Below are positions 34,964-46,900 of a stretch of 64,000 bases of DNA, one piece after another. How positions within the stretch are numbered: the first letter of the stretch is position 1; every line of letters begins with the position of its first letter. The notes under the pieces are model-generated. The model had not been told where the DNA came from. It was given only the letters and a program-made list of their open reading frames with translations, and searched no databases. The DNA is from Fistulifera solaris (lineage: Eukaryota), in contig AP026173.1 of NCBI GenBank assembly GCA_030295235.1, positions 1 through 64,000 on the forward strand, read 5' to 3'. The translations under genes and the position numbers were made by a program.

Positions 34964-37900
34964 ATGTCAGACTATAAGGAAATAGTCTCCTCGAGTAAAA
35001 TGATAGCGTCGCTTATTACGGAACTCGATAAGCCGAACGGACTATACACGTGGTTGGTGCTTCACGGCGAGACTAACTCTTTGACGCGTTATGTTGCGTT
35101 GTCGAGAACGTTTTGTCAAGAAAAACGACCTTTACCCAATTTAATGCCGGATGTGTTAGAGAAACTGGTGACGACGCAAGAAAATTTAATTTCTCTGTAT
35201 GATTTGTGGTGCTGTTTCTGGAATACCTACGAACGTATTCAAGATAATGAGCTGTGGTTGAATTCTGTCGAGCGCCACCCATTTGTCATTCTGTTTAATA
35301 GCTCAATGCGACCTGGCTTGAGGTTTACAAGTGTTGCTTGGAAGGTTGTCGTCAAGATCCGTAGCAAGCATCCGACTTTGGATCCTTGGATGTTGAGTTT
35401 GGCGGCGTTTTCGTTGCTCTTGAGAGCCATGAAGAGTCATTCTGCAAGCTATGAACAGTGGAATCGACTCTGCGAAACTCGATTTGAAAATTCGGTCGAT
35501 GATTATCTAGTAAAGAAACTGTATGAAAGCGAATGTCGATGCTGGGAGGCTCCTCTCGATCCTCCGCAAGGATTCACCCCGGAAAGCATTACATCTTTCG
35601 TGGCGGAATTCATTACACATGTTTTTCCAGCGAAAAAGGGAAAAATGATAAAGGCGAACCGTCTCTCGCAAACAATATCACCCAGTGGCTTGACAAGTAT
35701 GAGAATAACACGGAGAACCTGAATCCCATGATACTCATGGCGGAATACGTCAAATATATGAAAAATCGCAAAGGTTTAAATCCATTTGTTTTTCTTGCGA
35801 AACCCTCGGACGATCTCATACAAGAAGCAACGAGTTCTTTCGACGCAAATGCGTCTCAAGCGCCAGAGAAAGAAACGCCGGCATTACAAGGAACCGATGT
35901 CAGAGAAAGTTTGAAGGAGTTAGATACGTCCACATCGCCGCAACCACACGAAGAGGAAGGTTCAGACGATGACGCTAATGGCATTGGGTTTGATGAAGAA
36001 TCTGGAGGTGATATTTCTATGCGGCACGAGGATGATGACGTGGATGAAATGTCGACGACCTCACAGCCCACGCCGCAGAATGATGATCAAGTAGAAGGAG
36101 CTAGTCGACTGATAGCGATGTTGATTACCGAAGTTGACAAACCGAACGGCTTGTACACGTGGCTATTGCAGTTCGGCGAGCAGTACAGTTTGACAGATTT
36201 TGTTGCGTTATCTACTACATTCTGTCAAGAAAAGAGTCCTTTACAAGATAGCACACCAGTCTTGTTGCAATCGCTAGTCGCAACTAAGGAAAACCTTGAT
36301 TCCCTGCATCGTTTGTGGTGTTGTTTTTGGAACACCTACGATCGTATTCGAGATGACCCTTTGTGGAAAGAAGCCATCGAGCCTCACCCTTTGTTGACAG
36401 ATCTCGATAAGACTTCATCACCTGGCATGAAGTTTTTAACGGTTGCTTGGAAGATTGCAGTTAAATTACGGGAGAGAAATTCGAAACTGGATCCTTGGAT
36501 TTTGAGTTTGGCAGCAATGTCCCTTCTTTTAGAAGGGATGAACAGCCATCTTGCAAGCTATCAAGAATGGGTAGAATTTCGCTCGGCGCGGTTTAGCGAC
36601 TCACACGATGCATATTTACTCAGCAAACTTTATCAAAGTAATCGCCGTTGCAAGGACTATCCTCTCGATCCTCCGCCTGGTTTTATACCTGACCTTGTCT
36701 CGTCCCTCGTGAAGACCGTTATCAATACCCAAGTCTTTGACGGACTTACATCGAAAACGACACTAGCGGAAGCTATTATAATTTGGTTTGAACGGCTGGG
36801 GAATAGATGGGAAAATCTAGACCCCACTACATTGATGACCGAATACGTGAAGTTCATTGAAAACGGAAAAGGGCTCAATCCGTTTGTTTTTCTTGCAAAA
36901 TCTTCCGACATGTTTTTGTCACAAAGAAAAAAGACTGGCAGTCAGGTACTTCTCCCAGTAGTGGGAACTGGACCATTAGCATCACAAGGGTTAGCTTCGA
37001 AAGAACACCGCACCGAAGGTCGAGCATTCGATGCATCACCCTCTCGGAATGAAGAAGACATTTCTGATGAGGGTATGGGTAACGCGCTCAATGACGAAGC
37101 TGACGATGACGCTTCTGTACAGCAAAACGACGAAAATGACAACACGAATGGTAATAGTGACAAGCACCCCGCCAATGACGGCGAAGATAATGCAGATGGA
37201 GCAAAGAAGCGAAAGTTATACCAAGATGCTTCGCGAAGTCAACGTTTATCTACCGCTATGGCACTGGTTGTGCAAGAACTTTCCAAAATGAATCAGGGTT
37301 TGCCAGACTCGGCCGCCCAGGTCCACTCTATATCCGATTCCATGGAATTGAACGAATGGACTGTGTCCTTGCTGGTTGTGGATCATGTAGCGCCAAGTAG
37401 CAGGTTGGTTCGATACTTGGACGAAGCGTCGCCGAAACAATGGACGAAAGAACTTATTCCAACACTCAATCGTGCTTTGCTGCGGTTCTCACAAGAGAAT
37501 TTAGTTGAAAAGGCCACTCGGACGGCACCTGTATCTGTGTCAAAGTCGGATGGAGTAGTGCAGATTCATGGGAGTGTGACGGATGATAAGATCATGAGCA
37601 AAGCTGTGATTCTGCTTTATTATCACGCGCTTGAAGCAATTCTGACATCGGAGTCGGAACGACTGAAAATAACATCACATCCACAGATCGTGATGTACTC
37701 TGTTTTCACAAGGCTCTGTTGGCATGCTGCATGTGGTGCGTGACGAAGGCTATCGGTGCTACGCAAAAACTGCGGTCTTCCCCTTGCCTACAAGCTTTGT
37801 CGATACAATCGACACTACGAGTTTGCGACAGCAACCCTTACGATTTCCTGAAGGTCTCTGAATCTTTTTTACGTGTTTTGTGCCTTGGAACATCAAATCT

Positions 37901-38686
37901 TAAGTTGGGATCACCGTTACCACAAAAATTACCGCGTTTGCTACACCGCGATCTCCAGTCGATGGAAGTGACCATTTTGGATTCCTTGTTGTGGTCCACT
38001 TCTATTTTGAATGGCACGGCTGGTTCTTTACCTGAGCAAATTGAAGATTTTGTGAGCAAGTCGAATGAGAATGTCACCCTCTGGCCTCCGGAAATACTGG
38101 CACCAACCTTGCGAGAGGAATCATCGGAGTCTGGTAATAATATTGCCTATCCTACACCGGAGCACGAGGACTTTGCCGAATACCGGTGTGTGAACTTTTG
38201 ATCCGATCCGTGGTGAAGCTCTCCTTTTCGCGTTTCGAAGACATCTGCGGTTTGCTGAAAGTTCCTGCCCAGTATCCTCTGGTGACACATGCTTGGGTGG
38301 CTTTTCGTCATTTGCTGCGTCATCATGTAGAGATGTTGTTCGATCGACACGTAGATCAGTGGATTTTATGCTGTCTTTACGGTGTGGCTAAGGTTCTGTC
38401 GTATCCGCTGACCTTTGCGGAAATCATTGAAGCTTACATCAAGTCGCGTGGTCCGATAGTGGGAGATGTGACTTGCCAACACATCTTGCGCTACATTCGT
38501 ATGGATAATACCAGTCACGATTTAACGACCGGTGATGTAATTGCGCTGTACAACCATGTTTGGGTCCCGAGTATGAAATCATACTTGATGGAGAGTGCTT
38601 CGCTCCGCGAGAGTGCCAAAAAAGTTAAAGAGTTGCTTCGTGCGAAAGAAGTCGCGATGGCGGACGAACCCGTAGATGAACAATAA
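34964..38686 (+). CDS. RBR: Retinoblastoma-related pocket protein with a duplicated N-terminal domain, frameshifted
   Basis: Pocket A: LLYYHALEAILTSESERL...ACCMWCV...PYDFLKVSESF...ILDSLLW. Pocket B: LFDRHVDQWILCCLYGVAKV...TFAEIIEAY...GDVIALYNHVWVPSMK. Confidence 0.85.
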
Positions 38687-39218
38687 GAACGAAAGTAAAT
38701 AGTTAATCACTTTACAAAGAACACTCCTTATTAATGTGTTTAATTCCATATGTCTAAGGTTAGTGGTCTCGCCAACCTTTGCGATGCGTGATGCGTCTCG
38801 AGATCGAGATGGGGGAAAGAACGCAATCGACAAATTTCGGGACTGAAATAAGTTGAGTCGTCAGGTTACCGGTACCTAAAACCTACACTTTGCACCACAG
38901 TACAGCAGCCAAGAAAAAGGAAGCGAGGAAAACGAGAAAGAGGCTCGATCCTTTTTGTCGTCAGAAATAACAGAGAAAGAAGCGCAAGATTCAATTCATT
39001 CTATTACCTTTGATCAATTGCGACGTACAATAATAATGAATGATTTAGTTGTGTGAATCGAACATTCATTATTTGTTAATACTGATTCCGGTGTGAGGCG
39101 ATTTGTACTTTGCATGAACTAGAACTAATTGAAGTGGAAACGTCTCTTGATACTCGACAAACACGCATCCTAATCTTATCGCACCTTTCGTCAATCTCGC
39201 GAGTGAGAAAGAACGACA

Positions 39219-41676
39219 ATGAACAGTCGTGACGAACCTTTACACGATACGAGTCACGTACATGCTCCTCTACATAATTCCGACGACAGTGTCGGAAGCT
39301 ATCCGGTCGACACAGAAATGAATATTGATGATTTATTGAGTTTAGGATCCTCATCGTTCGATATGCGATTAACCAATCCAGTACAAATGGAGTTACAAGA
39401 GAATGCACGGTTACCGACCTTTTATGGAACGGTCGATCGTTCCGGTAGCAGTTCGATTGGTATTTCGCGACGCGTCCCCGAAGCAGCTTTGCACAGTCCC
39501 ACACGGCTACAGCAGCAACAACGACACCACAGTGATAGTACTGACGATATTCCGGCTATTAATTGGGGTGAATTGTTCTTGAATGATCGACAACGTGTCA
39601 GCTATCATGGAAATTACAAAGAAGCGGGTGTTTTGAAAGAAAATGTGGATACGTTTCCGATGATCGTACCCACCGGAGTTGATAGAACGGCGGCTCCGTC
39701 GGGAACAATAGACAACAATCAAAACACCAACAACGACCCGAATGACTTTATCATTGAAGTGGAACCGACGCCCTTGTCGGAGATCAAACGCCGCGTCGAA
39801 GAGCGGCATCATCGAGAACAAAATCGCAATATTGCAGTCAACGAAGGGCCGCGACATCATCCTTTCAGTCGAAGTACTCCTCTGCTGGCTTACGATCACG
39901 GCAACAACGATGCGGTCAGTATGGCACACGCGATTGCTACTGCAGCGGCTTTGGCGTCGACAACGATGCAACACAGGCCATCAACAAGTACAGGCATGTC
40001 GAAGTTACCTCCGGCGACAGCCGGTGTTCTAAAAGATATTTCTACCAAGAAAAAGAAACACGGCTTCGGTCCTAATCATATTGTGCCATCGGTTCCTGAA
40101 ACCGATGCACGTCGTATGTCACGGAAGCGACCGCCTCCCGTCATTACGACCAATACAAATACAAACAGTCACCATAATTCGTTCCTTCCCATGGCACCAC
40201 CATTTGCTTCTGCGGCGACTACAAATCATCACAATTCCGCGAGTTACCATGTAGACGACTCCGAAATGAATGACGCGGATCGAGGATCTCCGACAAATCC
40301 AGGCGATGCGTACGAGCGGAAAAAGCAACGAGCGAAGGATGCACGAGTCAAGCTAAATGAATCAATCGATCGAATGCACATTTCGATACGCCTGGCATTA
40401 ACACAGTCACAGCAAAGACTGAAGCAAACTCAAGAGAGCGACACTTTAACCACCGCACAAAAGGAAAAGATTGGCCCTTTAATGCAGCAAACAATACGCA
40501 TCGCCGAGACGGCGAAGAAGTGGGATCGGCCTAGTTTTGTGGGTTCTGCGGCTGATTTGATCCAAATGTTAAATGCGCAATGTGAAGCGTTGATGTTTTT
40601 GGCAATGAATTCATCTAATCATGAAGATGAAAAGCCAGGGAACTGGAATGCGAATGCTACCAATGCTTTTCCAGCTTCGTCAGCCATCTCTCCTTCCAAT
40701 AATGGGCAGAATAAGCGTCACCTCTTGGACGAAACATCCAGCACGTTAAACAGCATTGTTGCAGGAGAAGGCATGGCAAATAGCAACAGCAACAATAAAC
40801 GTGTACGAACTACTCCAACGAATGAGTCGTCTCAAATTAATTTGGACGTTAAAGATGATGGAACCTGGATGACAAACGGTCGGATATTGCAGTGTCTCGC
40901 ATCCTTCTTGGATCCTTCTTCACTGCATCGCTGTCACTTTCGCATCTGCAAAGCTTGGATGACTTTGGGAATTTTCAATTCGGATGCTATATGGGAAAGG
41001 TTGGTGTTGCAGCGCTTTGGCTACTATTGTGTGCGACAATGGCGTGACAAACTTCAACTCGAAGATACCTCCGACTACCCTTCCTTTGCTACTTTGTACA
41101 AAAGTATGGACATGGCCAACGCAATGCCCCACATTGCTTCCAGTCCATCAAAATGAAGGATGGTTTTTACTGGGCGAAACTCGTTTGCCGGGATCAATCA
41201 GTGCGTGGGTGTATTTAATCGAACGTAGCAACGGCGAAACATTACGGAGCGTCCATAATGCCTCGACGAACAAGTTTCAAAGTCTACCCATTGTAGAATT
41301 ACGGACTGTGTTGCAGAATACTGGTGGCAAAGAAATAGTTTGGAAGCTGGATCAAAGTCAAAGTGTCGATACGTCTACGCGACGTCGTGCGGAAGAAATG
41401 AAAGAATTGCAGGGTGACGATAGTCGATTTGCCAAGCGCGTGTTCCGTTTAGAGGATGGGGCACTCATTCCCGTATCAACCCATACGAATGGTTCCCTTT
41501 GCTTAGGATTGTTCGAAACGGTGATTGTGGTCTCGTACATTCATGCCACGCATTGCAGCACAATCTCTAAATTTGTGCAAAAAAGCAACTTTACTCGATG
41601 GCTCGTGCAAGTCAACGGAACGACGGTGCCTTTGGTAATTCCCTTTCCCAGGGATGCGTTGAGTTTGCAGCATTAG
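39219..41676 (+). CDS. bHLH transcription factor fused to an F-box-like motif and an unknown C-terminal domain (frameshift at ~41150)
   Basis: YERKKQRAKDARVKLNESIDRM...KKWDRPSFVGSAADLIQML; ILQCLASFLDPSSLHRCHFRICKAW...SDAIWERL. Confidence 0.68.
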
Positions 41677-42034
41677 CAGAGTTTGTTATGATTTGTTAAT
41701 TTTCAGGTTTCAAATTGGATTATTTTGCATAAAGAATGAATGTGCAAGGCTTTAGCAAAATTTATGCCTCGTGACTCTTGACTGATAGCCAGTCATGAAT
41801 AAAAGTAATCTACATTGTATTCCACAGTCAGCCATTTTTAATAAAAGAAACGAGAATGAATGACTGGGAGCTTGGCGGAAACTGCTACCTCCGACTGGTT
41901 TCCAAAATGAAGGGCATTCATGTCGTATTGGTATAATTGATTGTAACAGTAAAAATAGCTATCGGCAATAAATGTTTACTCTGAGCGTTCGAAACGGTTA
42001 AATTACTTAGCCATCAATACGTGTTGCTATTTTA

Positions 42035-43526
42035 TTAGCTACAGAGAAATTTCTCTCTATAGAGAGAAAATGCTCTCTTTAGAGAAAAATCTCTCTATAG
42101 TGAGAAAAATCTCTCTTTCAAAATTTTAACCGTGTCTTACTTGTGGTTTCAATTAAGGTTATGATTTTTCCAAAAGTGAAACATCACACATCACCGAAAA
42201 TTCTCATCGCGACCGCAACATCGACGCAACACAGAAACAAGGCTTCGGAGTTACGCAAACACTTCTAATTACTTATTATCAATCTACCTCTTCAACAGGT
42301 TTGTTAGGGCTTAGCTCTGGAAAGAAGGATGGCGCGTTTGCAGGGCGAGTGCCATTCTTGGCTTCATGTGCTGGTTACGACGAGCCAATTTCACCACCAC
42401 CATTGTTTTATTGTGACAAGCGCACTTTTGATCCGAGGCTCATCTTTGAACAAAGCGTGTTGTTTCCATGCTGACTGAAGTCTGGAAAATTTACGCGGTC
42501 CGGGGCTGCTTCGTTTACCAGCAGCAATACTTGATTCTTTCTCGAAAAAATGCAGCTTTAGAGCCAGAAGATTCTTTGACCGAAGGAGTGGGAGGAAGAA
42601 CGTTACGCTGCTGCAAAGAAGAAAGGAAAGGACCAACAAGAGGTCTATCCTGTTGGCTTTGGATGTTGGGTCGATAGAACTCACGGTCGTATCCACGAGC
42701 CGTCGGTGGGAGAGCCAGTCAAAGAATTCAATCTTCGCATGATTTCATGAACCATCATTTGCCTACGAATTCCCAATCGATATTTTTCAAGATTTTCTTG
42801 TTTGGATAGTCTAAATGGGCCTTTTCCTAAATCTATTTATAATAGCGCGCTGTGTCCGTGTGTGTGTGTGTGTGTCACGTAACGTAACGCGCTCCCGGGT
42901 GTCTGAATCACGGGTTTGACGCTATCCCCGGGGATCGAGCCCCCCGCTTGCGGGAAGGGCGAGAACGAAAAAAGCCCTGCAGGGGCTAGACGCCGAAGGC
43001 GGCTAGTAATAGATAAAACGAGTCTCTCGTTGGTTCGATCGGTGAGCATGCTATTGCGAAATCCGAGAGATGGCGCGCCACAGCGCAATCCTCCGCACTG
43101 GGAAACCGGCGCAGGTTTGTCGCTTTACTACTAACTGTGGTACAGTGATTCAGAAATCGGAGTTTCTGAAAGAAAGAAAAAAATATTTGTGCCAAAAGAG
43201 AAAAACCAGTGGAAAATTCAGTCAAATGTCGAAAAAGCATCCGCATTTCAGGAAAATTAGGAATAAATATGATGGTTTCTTGTGAGAGTTGCGAGTGTTG
43301 TGAATTACTACGTAGTATGTGAACGCGATGAGAGTTTGAGTCGGATTCCGTTGAAACGCAGAGACCTTAATTGAAAAGCGTGTTCTTGCTGTTGAGTTTA
43401 GTTACCTACTCAATCGAGCTAGAGAGATATTTCTCTTTATAGAGAGCAATTTCTCTCTATAGGGAGAAAAATACGCTTTTGAGAGAGCAATTTCTCTCTA
43501 TAGTGAGAAATTTCTCTCTACACTAA
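42035..43526. mobile_element. Non-autonomous element with repetitive, palindromic terminal inverted repeats
   Basis: Left TTAGCTACAGAGAAATTTCTCTCTATAGAGAGAAAATGCTCTCT vs reverse complement of right TTAGTGTAGAGAGAAATTTCTCACTATAGAGAGAAATTGCTCTCT. Each end is an ~80-100 bp array of GAGAAATTTCTCTCTATA units. No TSD identified. Confidence 0.65.
42832..43006 (+). mobile_element. Non-autonomous Helitron (~175 bp)
   Basis: A|TCTATTTATAATA 5' end, (TG)n tract, GC hairpins (AGCCC..GGGCT, CGCCGAAGGCG) and CTAG|T 3' end at 43003-43007. Confidence 0.75.
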
Positions 43527-43903
43527 CAAGGATAATTACATAGGATTGAACCAAATTTATATTTAGGAGATAAAACGTGATTGAAAACCGGATGTTTGTT
43601 GATACAGTCCTGTAGGAGTTCAACGTTATCGGTAAAAATCATGTCATATAAGCTTTAAGTGTAAATATTCTGTCACGGAGAGACTTTCGACAAGCACCCT
43701 GACACGAAAGAAGAATGACCGCTTGCTTCGCCTACGTTATGACCTATAGTCGCAATAAGAAATGACCCTTCACGACACCGAGGACAAGAAAACCCAAGAT
43801 ACTTGTACACGCTCACAATTATTCAATCGACTGATTAGCATCCTCTTCTTTGTTGTTGCTTTCCTCTGCTTCACATTTACCTCTTCTCTCATTAATAGAC
43901 AGC

Positions 43904-46900
43904 ATGACTGAGGCGAATAACGCAAACGCAACGACAGCCGTTAATCCGTTGAAAACAGATGCAGATCTCTTGTCGCTCTTGAAACGACTGGATGGCATTC
44001 ACAAATACAAAACCTTTCAACGATGGAAAGCGCGATTCTTGGATCGTCTGGAATCTTTCTTGTACGAGGCGGGCATGGGACCAGCAGATGAATCCTGTCA
44101 AGCGTTTTCGACTTTGTTGCAGAAACAAATTCGGCGGGGGCAAGCCGTACAAGCGCATGTTGCCCACGGCGAATTGACTGCCGAGAAAAAGACCGTCAAA
44201 GCGGCGTTGGCGCTGAATGAAATGTGCACTTTGTTAACGAATGCTGTACAAGAAACGGAATTGTTGATTCCTGCGAATACAAAGGAAGAGAAGCAACGAG
44301 GTTACACAAAGTTCCATCTAGGAGCCGTATTGATTCGACAAGGATTTCATCAATATCAAGCGATGCAAGCCATTGAGGCGGATTTGCAGCAACTGTCGCG
44401 CGATTTAGAACAAGTGGCCGATAAGCAACAGCAAGAACTCTTTCATATGTATCACACACAGGTACAGCGATTTTGTGATGTCATGGCCGATTTGAATTTG
44501 TATGAAGTCATGAAGAAGTGTTTGCAATTTGCGCAAGCTCCCGAAGAAGAAGAAAGCAGTGATGAAGAACCCATTGTCATTCAAATTGTTATTCATACAC
44601 ACGACGGGAAGAAATTGACATTGACGCTGGATCAGACAGAGACGATTGGGAACATTAAGGAGAGTATCGTGGCAGCATGTGGTATTCCGGTCGAACGACA
44701 GGTGCTGACCTTTCAAGATACTCTTCTGAACGATCCCGACGCTACTTTGGTGGGTTGCGGTATTTCAGATCAGTCGGAATTGAAAGTCGAACCATTCCGT
44801 ATACCCATTACAGTCAAGACAATGGATGGAGTAATTCATTCCATGCAAGTCGACCCGACGGATTATTTGACGAGTATTAAACAGCAACTGACGGAACGAA
44901 CTGGCATTGCACCCAACAACCAAAACCTCACTTTGCAGAACACACCACTAGATGATTTGAAAACTGTATCCGAGAATGGTATTGCAGCAGAGAGTCAGTT
45001 AGAAATGGAACCCAAGATGTTGAACTTAAACGTCACGCTGCCCGGTGGGAAATTTGTGGTAGTATCAGTTCCCCCTTCGGATACGGTAGAGGATTTAAAA
45101 GAAAAAGTTGCCCATCAAACGGGGCTCGCGGCACCAAGACAAGTCATAAAGGTCGCGGAACAGGCACTGCCTGTTGATCAACCGCTGCGCGATTTGGGTT
45201 TGAATGATGGTTCAAATATCGTCGTCGACCTCTTTCAAATACCGATTCAAGTCAAAACTATGGACGGGAAGTCGATATCGTTGATGATCGAACCGACCAA
45301 GTATTTAAGTGACGTGAAACGGCAATTGGAAGCGGATTCGGGTTTGCACGCCGCCAACATGCAATTGAGTAGAGACGACGAGGATGGGAACTCTGAAGTG
45401 CTGGACAACGATATGAAGACAGCGCAAGATTATGATATCCGGGCGGATGCGGTTTTGGACTTGGCACCCAAGAAGATGCCGATCCGGGTTCAACTTCCGG
45501 ATGGAAAAGAAATAGAAGTCGAAATTAGTCCTAGCGATACGGCAGATGTTATCAAACAAGCGGTTTATGACAAAAGTGGTTTGGCCCCTTCGCGACAAAA
45601 GTTAATGTATCAAGAAGAAGAAATGCCGCTGGATGAAACGGTTCGAAAGATGGGCCTACAACCTGGGGATTTACTTCAGGTGGATTTTAATAAGGTGCCT
45701 ATTATAGTTAACACGATGGACGGACGACAAATTAAAGTCGATATCGATCTTGCGGACAGCCTTGGTGATATCAGAAAGCACTTGGAAGTAGAGACGGGCC
45801 TTCCTGCGAACAACATTCAATTGTTCTTGGACGGGAATGCACTAGATGACGACCAAAGGACTGCCGAAGACTATGGTGTTGAGGCTGGCAGTGAGCTCGA
45901 CTTAGAGCCTAAATCAATTACCCTAACAATTGAGTTACCCGATGGAAAAACGATTGCGCTGGTTGTTTCACCGCAGGATACGACTCATGATATAAAGGCA
46001 AAAATTCAGGCCAAGTGCGGCTTGGCCCCGGAACGCCAAGTGGTTTGTCATAATGGAAAAGAATTGCCGCCAGATGGAACAAAAGTACGAGAGATGGGTA
46101 TTCCAGCTGATGCAACGTTACAAGTGGGTTTACATAAAATCCCAATCGTCGCAAAGACTATGGATGGACGCAAGATCCAAGTGGACGTTGAACCTGCTAC
46201 GACTCTTGCTGACCTAAAGAAGCAAGTCCAAGACGAGGCAGGGATTACAGCGGACAACATCGCGATGAGCATGGGCGGCCATCCTTTAGATGATGATGGT
46301 AAATCTCTCAACGATTATGGAATACGAGCGGGTAGTGAGTTGGATTTGGAGCCTAAATCTATTGCTGTGACAGTCGAGTTGCCTGACGGTACGAAACATC
46401 CTATCACGATTCGCCCCAGCGATACGATAGGCAATCTCAAGCAAGCAATCGAGGACGCAACTGGGATCCAAGCTCCTCGCCAAGTTGTTCATTATCAAGG
46501 TAACGAAATTAAGCCTGACCAGACAGTTCGGTCCATTGGTATTCCCGACGGTGCGACGCTGCAAGTTGGCTACTTTAAAATACCCATTGCTGTCAATTGC
46601 GTTGATGGTTCCCAATTGCATGTAAACATTGAATTGACTGCTACGTTAAGCGATATCAAGAAAGTCATTGAGCAAGAATCAGGAGTACCCGCAAACAATC
46701 AGAGCTTGAGTTTCGACGGCAGTCCGCTGGAGGACGATAGTAGCAAAACAGCTGTCGATTATGGCATTCAGGCAGGTAGTGAAATCGATATGGAACCCAA
46801 CACGATGCGATTACAGGTTGAACTTCCGGACGGGTCAACTATACCATTGTTTGTCAGACCGGCGGATTCTACCGATGCAATCAAAGATTTGATTCATAAA

